64,000 nt of DNA from Balanoglossus misakiensis (taxonomy: Eukaryota; Animalia; Hemichordata), in assembly GCA_040954595.2 (NCBI GenBank), contig CM082590.2, positions 4,402,001 through 4,466,000 on the forward strand. The letters are read 5' to 3'. Under the pieces are notes generated by a model. It was not told the origin of the DNA and ran no database searches. It worked only from the letters and a program-made list of their open reading frames with translations. The position numbers and the translations under genes are program-made. Positions within the stretch are counted from its first letter, which is position 1. Every line of letters starts with the position of its first letter. Shown here one piece after another: positions 1-11,442 of the stretch.

Positions 1-101
1 GAGATCTAAAATCTGCAGTTGATGAAACTGCATTGCAAAGGATTGGTAAAATTTGTAATATTCATATCCAAGACAAGGTCATACATCGAAAACACATTTA
101 A

Positions 102-175
102 CCCTTTCACCCCTTCAAAGGTTCAACCCCACATAGAAAACAACAGGTTTGGACTGAACCATTGTGGTGAAAGGG
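102..175. mobile_element. tiny piggyBac-type MITE, diverged copy
   Basis: ttaa|CCCTTTCACC...GGTGAAAGGG; same family as 2719-2803 and 10086-10170; right TTAA degraded. Confidence 0.65.
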
Positions 176-1014
176 TACAAAGCACCCCAGTTTCCACAAA
201 ACATCCATTGTAATCTATGAAAATCAACAAGATTTCATTGGCAGGCTCCTGTAAGCTTTGCAGACTGTTACTTTAAAATTCTCGTTTATAAAAATGGACT
301 TGCAGGGCAATCACACGCTGACCATCAAATTCAGTGTAACTTTCATTAAGGATGTACAACTGATAAAAGTGAAAGTATTGTCATTTTTATGGTGGATTTT
401 AAGTTGCCCAGGCTTTTCTAAGTGTACCAAAAATCTGTAACAAAATATAGGGGTCACCGTGCTTGTTTTTGAAATACAAAGCTGTGAATTTAGTCAAACT
501 TAAAAACAGCTGAGTAATTTTTTTTACCAATGGGTGTCTATGGGCCGAAAAAAGTTATTTCAAAATTGAGTGTGTGCATGGTGACCACAATATTTTGTTT
601 GAGTTCTGATTTTAATTTCCATGAAATGACGATAGTAAAAGCGCGTTATCTGGTAATTCTCAATGAAATCCTCTGGGAGAGACATACATGTATTCCTTTT
701 GCTCCAAGTGTGCGTATGTCCTTAACTGACTATCAGCACCAATGCTACAATAGAACAGAAGTTTATGGTTAGAAATTGAGCATTTCAGACCCTAATTGCT
801 CTAGCCCTGGACTGGTCATTAATTCAAAAGGTATTGAAAACTATAAGTATATTGTCTATAAACACCGAGAAATTGACAACTAACAATGTTTCAGAGACCA
901 AAAATAGATTTAAGGGGACCACTTCCTTGCAAGGCTGGTTCATTTAAAGTCCCAAATTGCTGCTATTTCGTGCAATATTTTCGATTTACTTCAAACTGTG
1001 AACAGGCCATTTAA

Positions 1015-1967
1015 AGGGTCAATGTCTCTCCCTCACTGCCATTTTTCCATCAATTATGTTTGATATAAGACGCCGTTTATATTAAAGTAAATGTGTATAT
1101 GTAGTGAATGAATGTTCGACCACACACACCTTCCATCCCACTTGCATGATATGAGAGTAAAATTTGGCCCAAAATGAATAAATGGTAGAGAACGATTACT
1201 CATTTTGGTCAATTTTTTCACTCCTGTGTCTACAAGCGGGATGGAAGGTGTATGTCCTGTTTGTAGGATGAGAGTAAAAATGTCACCAAAATGAATAAAT
1301 GGTAAACACCGATTATTCATTTTATCGAGTGTTTCACTCTGCTCGTGTGAGTTGTGTGTGGAAGTTCTTTCGATTTTGTTGATCAACTGAAATGAATTTC
1401 ATTTGGCCACGCTATGTATGCCATCCCCACAAGTCTCGAGGATGTACTGTTACTCAGGGGTCATGAAAGTGGCCTATTCAATTTACTGACACTGTAATGC
1501 AATGCAAGTGAATGGGCGTATTCATCTGTACGTTTCAGTTCAAAACTTCTACAACCAGATACACAGGGACTTACCTCCATACGGACCACCGCTCTGACGA
1601 CCACCGCCACCGTAACCACCAGAACTACCACCGCTGCCCCTCATTGGTCCATAATTTGACTGTCCACTGGCATAATTGCTTCCAAAGTCATTGTAGTTTC
1701 CACCACTGTTGCTATACCCTTTCATTTAGGAAAAAAACAATAGAAATGCATTATCATAACAATACCTTGAATTGTTTTACCTGTTGAAAAAACTCGAGAA
1801 AATGAATATCAGTCTCTAAAATTTATGCATTTTGGACCAGATTTTACTCTCATATCATACAAGTGGGATGGAAGTTGTGTGTGGTTGAACGTTCATTCAT
1901 TACATATACACATGTACATTAACATAAACAGTGTATTGTATCAAAAAAGGGCAGAGACTTTGTCCCT
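1015..1967. mobile_element. composite of two inverted partial copies of a TTAA (Kolobok-type) foldback MITE enclosing a host exon
   Basis: TTAA at 1011-1014 and 1968-1971; ends AGGGTCAATGTCTCTC / CAGAGACTTTGTCCCT (13/16 inverted match); ~1060-1210 is an inverted homologue of ~1790-1940; a cargo-free copy of the family is at ~9710-10003. Confidence 0.65.
1575..1718 (-). pseudogene. isolated exon of an hnRNP A1/A2/A3-family gene (Gly-rich C-terminal M9-type region)
   Basis: AG|...|GTAAGT boundaries, 144 nt, phase 1-1; translates YSNSGGNYNDFGSNYASGQSNYGPMRGSGGSSGGYGGGGRQSGGPYG, matching the hnRNP A1 pattern YNDFG..Q.SNFGPMKGG..RS.GPYGG; no RRM exons seen upstream in the window. Confidence 0.8.
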
Positions 1968-2059
1968 TTAATGTTCAGTCAATCTAGACAAGAGGGACCC
2001 AAAGTTTAGGGACTTTATAGACGGGTGGCTTTTATAGACGGGTTGATTCGAATACACAC

Positions 2060-2187
2060 CTTGAAATTGTTGGCTGCCTGTTTCAATCAAACATCAGTAT
2101 CCAAGATTTGTACTCCAACAATTTGGCTGTGAAGTGCAGCCATAATGAACAAGACACAGGCCTTCTCAAAAGAGGATGATGTCATAC
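2060..2187 (-). pseudogene. PDCD6IP: isolated BRO1-domain exon, ALIX/PDCD6IP-like, with in-frame stop
   Basis: ttgttttgtatAG|...AAG|GTgtgt, 128 nt, phase 1-0; translates MTSSSFEKACVLFIMAALHSQIVGVQILDTDV*LKQAANNFK vs ALIX YEKSCVLFNCAALASQIAAEQNLDNDEGLKIAAKHYQ (Gly codon replaced by TGA); PTPN23 cannot be fully excluded. Confidence 0.75.
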
Positions 2188-2567
2188 CTATACAAAACAA
2201 GACAAATACAAGATTGAATCATTCATATGGATTACATTATGTTGTCATTAGGCCCGCAAAATTAACATGTGCTGTTCCGATTAGTACCATACTGTTAAAA
2301 AGTGATGAGGAATGATCAAATTAATTATTTTTAGATTTAATTTATATTTCTTGTGGTGGCTGGGAACACAGTTTACACTGTAGAAAAAGTTTTCAGTGAA
2401 ACAGTTTTAAACTGCGCCCTGTCCAATTATACCATGGAAGTTTTTGAGTGAGGTGTGATGTACGAGTGGTTGGGTATACTTAGACAACACGATTATCAAG
2501 TGAACAAAAAGCAATAAAATCCCAGGTAGTGTTTCATATCTCTTTGAAATACAGTAGAAGGAGGTCG

Positions 2568-2807
2568 TGTAACCTATTTCTCCCAACTTTTTGGTTTAAC
2601 CCTTTCACCCCCAGTTCCCACTATAGGGGTCCAACTTTATCATAGAAAACAATGGGTTTGGACTGAACCATGGTGGTGAAAGCTCATGTAACCTATTCCT
2701 CACAACTTTTTGGTTTAACCCTTTCACCCCCAGTTCCCTCTATAGAGGTCCAACTTTATCATAGAAAACAATGGGTTTGGACTGAACCATGGTGGTGAAA
2801 GGGTTAA
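2568..2807. repeat. ~119-bp tandem duplication containing an 85-bp piggyBac-type MITE (complete copy 2719-2803)
   Basis: gtaacctatt...ttaaCCCTTTCACC...GGTGAAAG present twice; second copy has TTAA at 2715-2718 and 2804-2807 and 10-bp TIRs. Confidence 0.85.
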
Positions 2808-3245
2808 ACCCGAGTGGACAGACCTACAATGCACAAAATCAGGGTTGAAAGTGTACAGAGTTAGATATATGTATTACATATATGAATTCTTTGCCATGAT
2901 ACATGTACGTGTGAAACATATATTGTATCATCTCCCTATTTACAATCAATGTGCCCTCTAAGCCCATATGACGCGCCACTGACTCAACAAACTCACTGGA
3001 GATTCAAGAAAATTATCCACTATACATGAAAAGGTATGGGGCTGACTCAGAGAAAGTGTTCAGAAATCTCGAAATCAATTTTGGAATATTTTGTTTGGCT
3101 CAGACTGAAATCTTTTACTTGTGGGATGAGGCAACAGCATAAGAATACCGTACAGCATAAAGTAAAAAGTGTCAAGGTACCCTACATTTGAATTGAATCA
3201 GATTGTGATAATAGATAATTTTTACTATTTGACAAATTGACTTAC

Positions 3246-3302
3246 CCATGTTGCATCATCATTCTCTGTGTTCCTTCACCACAGTTGATCAGATAACGGC
3301 AA
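3246..3302 (-). pseudogene. ELAC2: isolated exon of RNase Z long form (ELAC2-like), N-terminal motif
   Basis: tattttgttgttctAG|...GG|GTAAG, 57 nt, phase 2-2; translates CRYLINCGEGTQRMMMQH vs ELAC2 RYLFNCGEGVQRLMQEH. Confidence 0.75.
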
Positions 3303-6300
3303 CTAGAACAACAAAATATACGTACCATGTGTCAAATCCCTTTTTTATAGTCTTTGAAAAACTATCACTAGGGAATGATATGGTACAATTAGAGTTGCTA
3401 CCTATGATTTGTTGGTGTGAAAATTGTTTTACAGTTGCATGATTAAGTAAATATGGATGACCCACATCACGGGAACATTGCATGATTTAATTGAACTGTC
3501 ATTTGCAGTACTTATTTTTGTTACTTTACCCTCTGAAAGCTGATTGTATCAGACATATTATCAGGTTCTCTCTAACTTCTTAGTATCTAGCTGTGTTTTG
3601 TCCACTTTGCATCCAAAACTAATGTCTAGCCTTGTGGATGCCACTGGCCCAATAAAGCCTGACCCCTTGTTGGGAATTGTGATGTAATTAGTGTCCCTTT
3701 GAAGTCAATTACAGACTTTGTTTTTCCAATGATTGGACAGAGGATATACATATACACATGTGTAATTAAAGGTCTAATGCCATGCTTTGGAAAGTTTTCA
3801 TTTTTCCACGTCAAAAGCTCACCTAGGGTACCTGTCTATGCATTGCCTATTGTGTCGGTTCCGAAAAATGTGCGCGAATGCCGGAATTTGCCCCCTTTTT
3901 TCATGCCTGTGATCAGGGAGCCACTTCGCACTCGAGCCAGGCGAAGGTATTTGCATATGGACAAACAAGTACACTACGTTCTAGTGTACCATTCTGCTAA
4001 CAGTAAAGTGTAATTAGCAGTCCATGAGTAATTAAGTCCACAGACAAAGACAAGCTATATAAACAGTGTTCAAAGCAAAGGAAGCCCTTGCCTTACATTA
4101 CAGGCAGAGGATTTAGAAAGGTGTGAAAGACTATTTGCCCACATCAAGATAAGCCTTCGACTGAACTTCGAAAAGCCGAAAAAACTCGACTGAGTTGGGT
4201 TAGGGGTACACGCCCACCCGCCACTTTTACTTGCTTGTTATCTAAGCACAAGGGGCAAAACGCATTGCAAGATAGTAACATACGTTAACTTCAAGACCCA
4301 AATAGTGATTTTACGCGTGGTTGTATAGGGCATGGCATTAGACCTTTACATTTCAATGTAATTAGCCCTGCCTTTACTTTAATCTTACACTCTATCAACA
4401 CTGTTAAGTTAATGTGATTTTCCCACCTTTTCCTGCTTGATTCATTGTGGCTATGTGTATCTATGACAATTTGACTGTCAGTGATCCCCAGTTTATAAAT
4501 CCCGACCTGACCTGACCAGGTTGATAAGTATAAGAAAAACTATGTATCGATAATCCATGTTTTTCTTAATGGCACAATCATCATGCAAATTAGTGAAAAC
4601 TGTAAATAACCGTCAGAATAATCATGTTAATAGGTAATACAAAAAAACATTGTGTCAATCGAGAAATGCTAATAATCAAAATGTTGATCACGTCGATAGG
4701 AACAGCCATTCACGTTCCATTGATCACCCTCATTGCCATCAGCCACCCCCAATTCATAACTCTAACCAAATAATGATATAATGATAGTTCCAAATAAAAT
4801 TTTGAAATGTTGGTGATATTCTCACGCCGTACCCAATGTGATAACAATGAATGCAATGTGGATAGCATTCTACCCACAGGGAGCTCTTCTTCCTTGTTTG
4901 TAATGTGTGTGTGTTGATATTGATTAATATAATAAAACAAATCTGTGAAAATATATGTTCACCTTTGTTTGTTGACAGGTAAAGTTTGGGGTACACATGT
5001 ATTCAACAGTAAAGGCTTAGACTACCCTAACATGTCTACGAACAAACAAACATGACCATATTTGCAAACATACATATTTTTTTCAAACATTTTTAAATTA
5101 ATCAATCACAACACACACACTTTTACAAACAAGGACGAAGAGCTCCCTGTGGTCTTCCCACAAACGTCGGAATCATACTGCAGTGGTCGCCTGATTCAAC
5201 CAGTAAAGGCCACATGAGGTCATCAATTGTTATCGGTTTTCTGGTTGACATTTCTCTGAAAACACGCGTTTTTTTTCACGGACTTAACGTTGATATTTTG
5301 GCAATTGGTGTGAGTAGTCATAAAGTGTAATGTTTGGAGCATTGCTTGACCCTAGTTACTGTTGTGCGATAGGGTGAAATCGTCAGCTGAATTTTATTGT
5401 CGATCGTCCATAGGCTCCAGCTTATTATTCGACGTCTGTGTTTCTACCCACACACTAAGTCGTGAAAACTATCAGTGATATCTAAAAACCATGGCGGTAT
5501 CCCCATGCTAACAACACACAAAATACTGCAATGTTTCAATACTCACTCTGCCAAATCTGTACAGATGAATAGTGATGGTGGAGAGTGTAAGGGGGCCTGA
5601 ACCCATGACTTGCTGAGAAAACAGTTGCTCGCTCCTTGGCTTGGCATGTTTTGGAGAAACATGACACCATTCTGGATGTATAACGAACACAGGTCAAGCA
5701 CTGTCTTACCATAGAGCAGGCGACATTGGAGTTGATGACAGAAACACGTGCCATTAAAACAAACTGGCAGATTCGAGTTTATAGCCTGCATGCCATGTTT
5801 ACATCGAAGACGTTGTACGGGTCAAAGGCAAAGGGTCGAAGGTCAGCAACAGCGCCCTCTTGGGGTATATTCTGCGGAACTTTTGAAAGTTCCCGATCTC
5901 GTATCCTAATAAGGACGCCAGCAAAATTCCCCACAGCATTTTAATTCTCATTCAAATATGAAAGAAATAAAACTAACCAGCTCTGAATTAGTTGGTTTAA
6001 AGGGGAGAAATAAACCCGGTGAAGGCTGGTTGGTTTAAAGGGAGTTTGACTATGAATATGACTCGATCATTTGAAACTTCATACGACAGGTGAATTAAGT
6101 AACGCACTATATAACGCGTATCAACTTTCAAAGGCCATCTCCGAAAATGCCCATTGGAATTTTACAGGAAATTCAGAACTAATTCCCAGAATTGCACTCA
6201 GAACAGCGGGCATAGCTGGCAAACATACTTCTATCAATAACAATGTTTCAAGGACAATTTTGATTAGGCCTATATAAGAAATCGTTTTGTAGAATCGGCG

Positions 6301-6639
6301 GTCAAAACTATAAAACGAAGACTAAGTTTAAGGTAGAGGTCTACTCAAAATCGAAAATACAATCTAATAGAGAGAAAACTACACACCACTGATAAGTTAA
6401 ACTTTTATTTTTCTAGAAGCGTCTGAAAGCTTTAATGATGTCAAATATCCAACATTTATGAAAATTGCGCGAAATATGATGAAATCGCGCGCATCATGCA
6501 AGAACTATGACGTCATTCCACACTACGGCAGCCAGAGAAACAAAAAAAATTACAATATTAATAAAATTGCCTACCTACCTACCCTTTTTTGAAAACCATG
6601 TAATCGGAACACATATATTATTTTTCTGTTGCCTAAGAG

Positions 6640-6860
6640 TGGAAGAGTGATGTTCAAACTTCTTCGACACGGTGATGATTCTTGCTGCTGTGTTTTGTGT
6701 GCGCTGAAGTAGATTTATTGCAGATTGAGGAAGACCAAACAATAACGAATTGCAGTAATCAAGTTTGGTTTAAAGAACTGTATGAATTAATTTACAACAA
6801 TCATTAAAGACAGGTACTGAAATATTGATCCGATGCGTCGAAGATGAAAATAAAAACACA
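6640..6860 (-). mobile_element. L2/CR1-group LINE ORF2 fragment (region C-terminal to RT)
   Basis: paralogue of 15285-15505; encodes HLRRIGSIFQYL...KLDYCNSL.FGLPQ...QNTAARIIT. Confidence 0.75.
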
Positions 6861-6882
6861 AGTTGTAGGGCCTACTCTCTTG

Positions 6883-6991
6883 GAGTGAGGAGAAACCCGG
6901 CCAAACCCCACCCCTAACCCTAACCTTAACCCTAGGAGTGAGGAGGAACCCAAACCCTAACCCTAGGAGTGAGGAGAAACCCTAACCCTAA
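6883..6991 (+). repeat. telomere-like composite minisatellite, array 1
   Basis: units of GAGTGAGGAGAAA + (CCCTAA/CCCTAG)n. Confidence 0.9.
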
Positions 6992-9270
6992 TTAGGGTCC
7001 AAGTGGTCCTCCATGTAACCCAAATTCAAAGGTCTACCAAAAAAAAACCATTATGTTTTTTATAGGTTATAAACACTGTAAATGATAGATTTCAATGAAA
7101 GTTATTGATTTTAAGTTATTGGAGCTGTAACCCTTGTATATTTCAGGGTGATAAAATCTCAGGTAACATAGGGGACCAGTTTATCAGTTAAGGTACCTTA
7201 AGTGAATTTGTTAAAAGCCTTTTGGTTGACCCTAATAAGTAATCCAGGTGTTATTCAATTGTATAAGTGTCCCCTTCTACCCCCCTGCAGGAAAAAAGTG
7301 AAAAAATGTTGGTCGAAAAAATGCTGTTAAATTCTTATACTTACTGTGAACTGGCTGCATCAGAAAAAAAAAACGAATCTTCACAAGCATGATTTTTGGC
7401 ATAAAAATAGTTATTTCACCGAATTTTGAAAAACCTTTGGCACGTTTGTAATATTTTGGATGCTGATTTATTTTATATTAATTTTTTTTAAATTCATCAA
7501 GATTTAGGAATATTATTCAACAAACCTGTTTTGGGGACCACTTTGATGTTACCTGTGTATTGTCTATGGGCGAAAATGCGAACTTTCTAAATTGCTGCAA
7601 TATTTCATTGTTTTTAAACATACAGCTGTCAAACTCACATATGTATTAAAGTTGACACAACAGCTTTCAAAACTAGTTTCAGTTTTAAAATTGAAGGTCG
7701 CTAAGTGTGTGAGTTGTAGGTTACAAAATACATACCAAAGGTGAATTTTAAAATGTTCATGCTTGTTTTGTTCTGAGCACACCAGTTTGTTTATTTCTTA
7801 GGCTTTCACTTTGATTGTTCAATATGTTGATTTTTTTGATATACACTTTGCTTTTTTAAGATTATTTTTTTTATTTTAAGCATTTCAAAGATGAAACTTT
7901 GGGTAGACCATTATGAGATGTTAAAGAATATTGAAAAGTTTACACTATTAAAATTGGACACCATTAAATATTTCAAATAATGCTGCAAATTAGACTGAAA
8001 TAACTCCCATTGACTTAACATGTATAAAAACAAAGGAATACGTTTTTGGGGACACTTGGAGATTTTTCTATGTTGAAAACTCGGCGAAAAACGGGTTGTT
8101 TTATGCTTATTCTAACGAATATCTTACAATCCAATATATGTTTTTTAAGCTCAGATTATGGGCTCTCTAACCGCTGAAACCGTTTTTCAAAAATCGTAGA
8201 ATTGAAACCAGAGAGCCAACGATTACAATTTGTTACGATCGTATTTTGCACTCACTTCCGGGTTTCGGCCAATTGCAGACAAATACTTTTTATAAAAGGC
8301 TTCGTCTTATGCTTATTCTAACAATTATCTAACAATCCAATATATGGTTTTAAAGCTTAGAATCTTGGCTCTCTAACCGCTGAAACCGTTTTTCAAAAAT
8401 CGTAGAATTGAAACCAGAGAGCCAACGATTACAATTTGTTACGATCGTATTTTGCACTCACTTCCGGGTTTCGGCCAATTGCAGACAAATACTTTTTATA
8501 AAAGGCTTCGTTTTATGCTTATTCTAACAATTATCTAACAATCCAATATATGGTTTTAAAGCTTACAATTTTTTACCTTTTTTTCAAAAATCGTAGAATT
8601 GAAATCAGGGAGCCAACGATTAAAATTTGTTATGGTCTTTTTTCGTGTGTAGGGTTAGGTACTTAGGGATTTTGGCGACAGGCAAAATCCTCAGTTTGTT
8701 TAGGTTAAGTTTACATCACTTCTGACTCACTTAGAGTGGGCCGATCTTTAAGATGTAACGTGTTTTGAAATCGTCAATTACTGCTCTAAAACATATTACA
8801 GACCTGAGTTGCTCTCTTTAAGAATAAATTAATATGTTTGCTAAAAATAAAGTGATGTTTAAGTGATTCTTTTGTTTTTATGCATGTTAAAGAATAGGAC
8901 AAATTATAATAGTTGTGACCCTATCCTGATTTGTACAATTTAAGTAGCTTGAGTACTGTTTTTTCAGGATGTATTGACATTTGAATTCTCTATGCTATAG
9001 TACATTTTTTTAAATGTAGACAAGAAGTTATAAAACCGTAATTATGAAAATAATGTCAGTGCCCCATAGGCTTTACACTGTAGACAACAGGGTGTCATAG
9101 GTTAAAATTTTGGAAAGTAAGAAAACATGTTGTTTTATGCTTGTTATTTTCAGAATGTGTTAAGAACATGATGGGACACTCCATACATTTTTTTAAAGTT
9201 GTTACATGTACAGCAATGCCAGTAGCTATTGGGTCAAAATAGGTAATTCATATATCTCACAATGACATTC
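6992..9270. mobile_element. element B copy 1: left end of a YR-element subfamily, truncated
   Basis: starts TTAGGGTCCAAGTGGTCCTCCATGTAACC directly after CCCTAA; co-linear with 24629-26479 + 33803-34125; contains a ~206-bp tandem repeat at ~8100-8640. Confidence 0.7.
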
Positions 9271-9709
9271 CAAATATATGGTCAAGCAGTTACATAAGGT
9301 ATTAGGGGTGACCATTTACCAATGTGTGCAGCAATTTTGGCATTAGCTCTCGCAATTTTTTCTTCAATTTTATATACATTTTTAAGCTGCATAATAAAGC
9401 TTATGATGTTTAAAGACATGTTGTCTAGTTTACATCTATAAATATACATATGCACTTGCAATGCTATGAAATTAACAATAATTTTCTCTGTAGGATCGCC
9501 AAAAATCTTACATAGTTTCAAAGGTGGACAATTAAGTTTAAGTGGTCCCCCAAACATAAAAAGTAAATTGTATTGTATTGTATTTACCATCTGACATGTA
9601 AATTGCAACGTTTGGCTTTATTGTAGGCTATTTTGGTTGAAGGCAGCGTTCACAAACATCATTGGAGGGGCCATGATTATCAAGAAAAAACATTCTCGTT
9701 TTATTCTAA

Positions 9710-10003
9710 CAACACGTTAATGTACATGTGGATATATAGTGAATCAATGTTCGACCACACACAACTTCCATCCCACTTGTATGATATGAGTATGAGAGTA
9801 AAAATCTCCCCAAAATGAATAAATGGTAGAGACTGATTATTCATTTTGGCGAGTTTTTCACTCTCGTGTCTGCAAGTGGGATGGAAGTTGGGTGTGGTTG
9901 AACGTTGATTCACGATATACCCACGTGTAAAATAACATGAAGTTAAACAGTGTAGCAAACATAATTGATGGAAAAAGGGCAGCGAGAGAGAGACTTTGTC
10001 CCT
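9710..10003. mobile_element. foldback TTAA MITE (cargo-free copy of the 1015-1967 family, left end lost)
   Basis: inverted arms around aaaatgaataaatggtagagactgattattcatttt; ends GAGACTTTGTCCCT|ttaa. Confidence 0.7.
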
Positions 10004-10085
10004 TTAAAATAATTGTTTATGAATATTTCTAGTGTTTATATCCTGTACACCAGATATGAAATCAATATTCTCATCCATGGTTTAA

Positions 10086-10170
10086 CCCTTTCACCCCCAG
10101 TTCCTATTTAGAGGTCCAAACTTACCATAGAAAAACAATGGGCGTGGACTGAACCATGGTGGTGAAAGGG
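10086..10170. mobile_element. 85-bp piggyBac-type MITE
   Basis: TTAA|CCCTTTCACC...GGTGAAAGGG|TTAA. Confidence 0.85.
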
Positions 10171-11268
10171 TTAATAGATCCTGGAAAATTTACATTATAA
10201 AATACTAGCAACAAATTTTGATGACAGTACTGATTCTTAAAGATACACATAAAATTTATGAAATTTGGCAAGTTTCAAAAAACTGTTCAGTAAGTTCTTA
10301 TTTTGGGGGATTTAATTTGCACTAATTTGCTTCATATGCAAATAAGCATGTTATAAACATGACACTGGTAAATGTTCGGTCATATAATATCTCTGAAGGA
10401 TCAAAATACTGTTATATCAAGGTACATGTGGTAATTTCACAAAATATGTAACTAATCAGAAAGGTTCATCAAAAGGCCAATTTTTCTGGTCAAGGTTGAG
10501 TTAATTTAATCCTCAATAACACCTGTACTGGCAACTACTAGATTAACCTTGATTCTTGGGACCATCAGATAAATGGATATCACCAATGCCTATAATCCAG
10601 CTGATGTATTGATTTGGGGCTGGCTATTAACCCAACCACCCTTACACAGTACTTCCATAGAAGTTGATAAATTGTCTATGTAGTTTTATGTAATTTTAAT
10701 TTTGGCACATTTTTCTATTGCATTTTATGGAAATGTCAAAATCTAGGTACTGAACTCTATAGAACCAGGGTTTCAACCAAGATGGGGATATGCTACCCTT
10801 TGCCAGAATATTATTTATTTATTTATTTTTTTATTTTTTTATTTTTTTTTTTATTTTTTTTTTTTTTTGGGGGGGGGCACTTTGGTAAGAGGGAATGTAA
10901 TATCTCCAACATGTGAGTCACATCATCAAGTTAAGGGGTGTTGGTTCCCCCTGGCAATGTGCAAGGGGTGCCAACACGTCAAGAGGAGGTGAATCCCCCC
11001 ATCTCCCATCTAGATGAAACACTGTAGTACATGTTTCATAAGGGCAAAAAAAAAATCGAAAGTGATATTACAGTACAATAAAGTCACTGTAGTTCCAATG
11101 ATTCTGGTCATGGCTTTTACCCCAAAATGGGGCAACGACACAATTTTTTCGTGTAATTTTTTTTCCAGTCATTGTCAATCTACTACTAATGCATACACCA
11201 GTTGTTAAACAGTTAATAATCGCATGTTTTGGACAAAATTTTCGTCCTCTGCAGTTATTTTGGCTTAA

Positions 11269-11442
11269 AGGTATACAGTCACCTATACAAATTTAGCCAC
11301 AGTTACCATGGTAAATCGAGATCTAACCAATCACAGAATTTCAGTGGGTGGCACACGCGAAAATAAAGCGTTCTTTAGAACACTCAAATACGCCATTTCA
11401 ACTATATATGGCGATATGTAAATTGGAGGTGACCGTATACCT
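11269..11442. mobile_element. 174-bp Kolobok-type MITE
   Basis: TTAA on both sides; TIR AGGTATACAGTCACCT / AGGTGACCGTATACCT (15/16); RR...YY termini. Confidence 0.8.

Larger units (their letters stand above)
6371..6991. repeat. duplicated block (DNA-transposon end + LINE fragment + telomere-like array), copy 1
   Basis: co-linear high similarity with 15016-15609 from agagaaaactacac to ccctaa. Confidence 0.9.

Noticed and set aside
1512-1787. 91-aa His-rich plus-strand ORF
   Set aside because: Antisense reading of the Gly-rich hnRNP exon
10525-10655. Possible H/ACA snoRNA (AGATAA and ACA boxes)
   Set aside because: Could not build two convincing hairpins by eye; would need Infernal/snoReport
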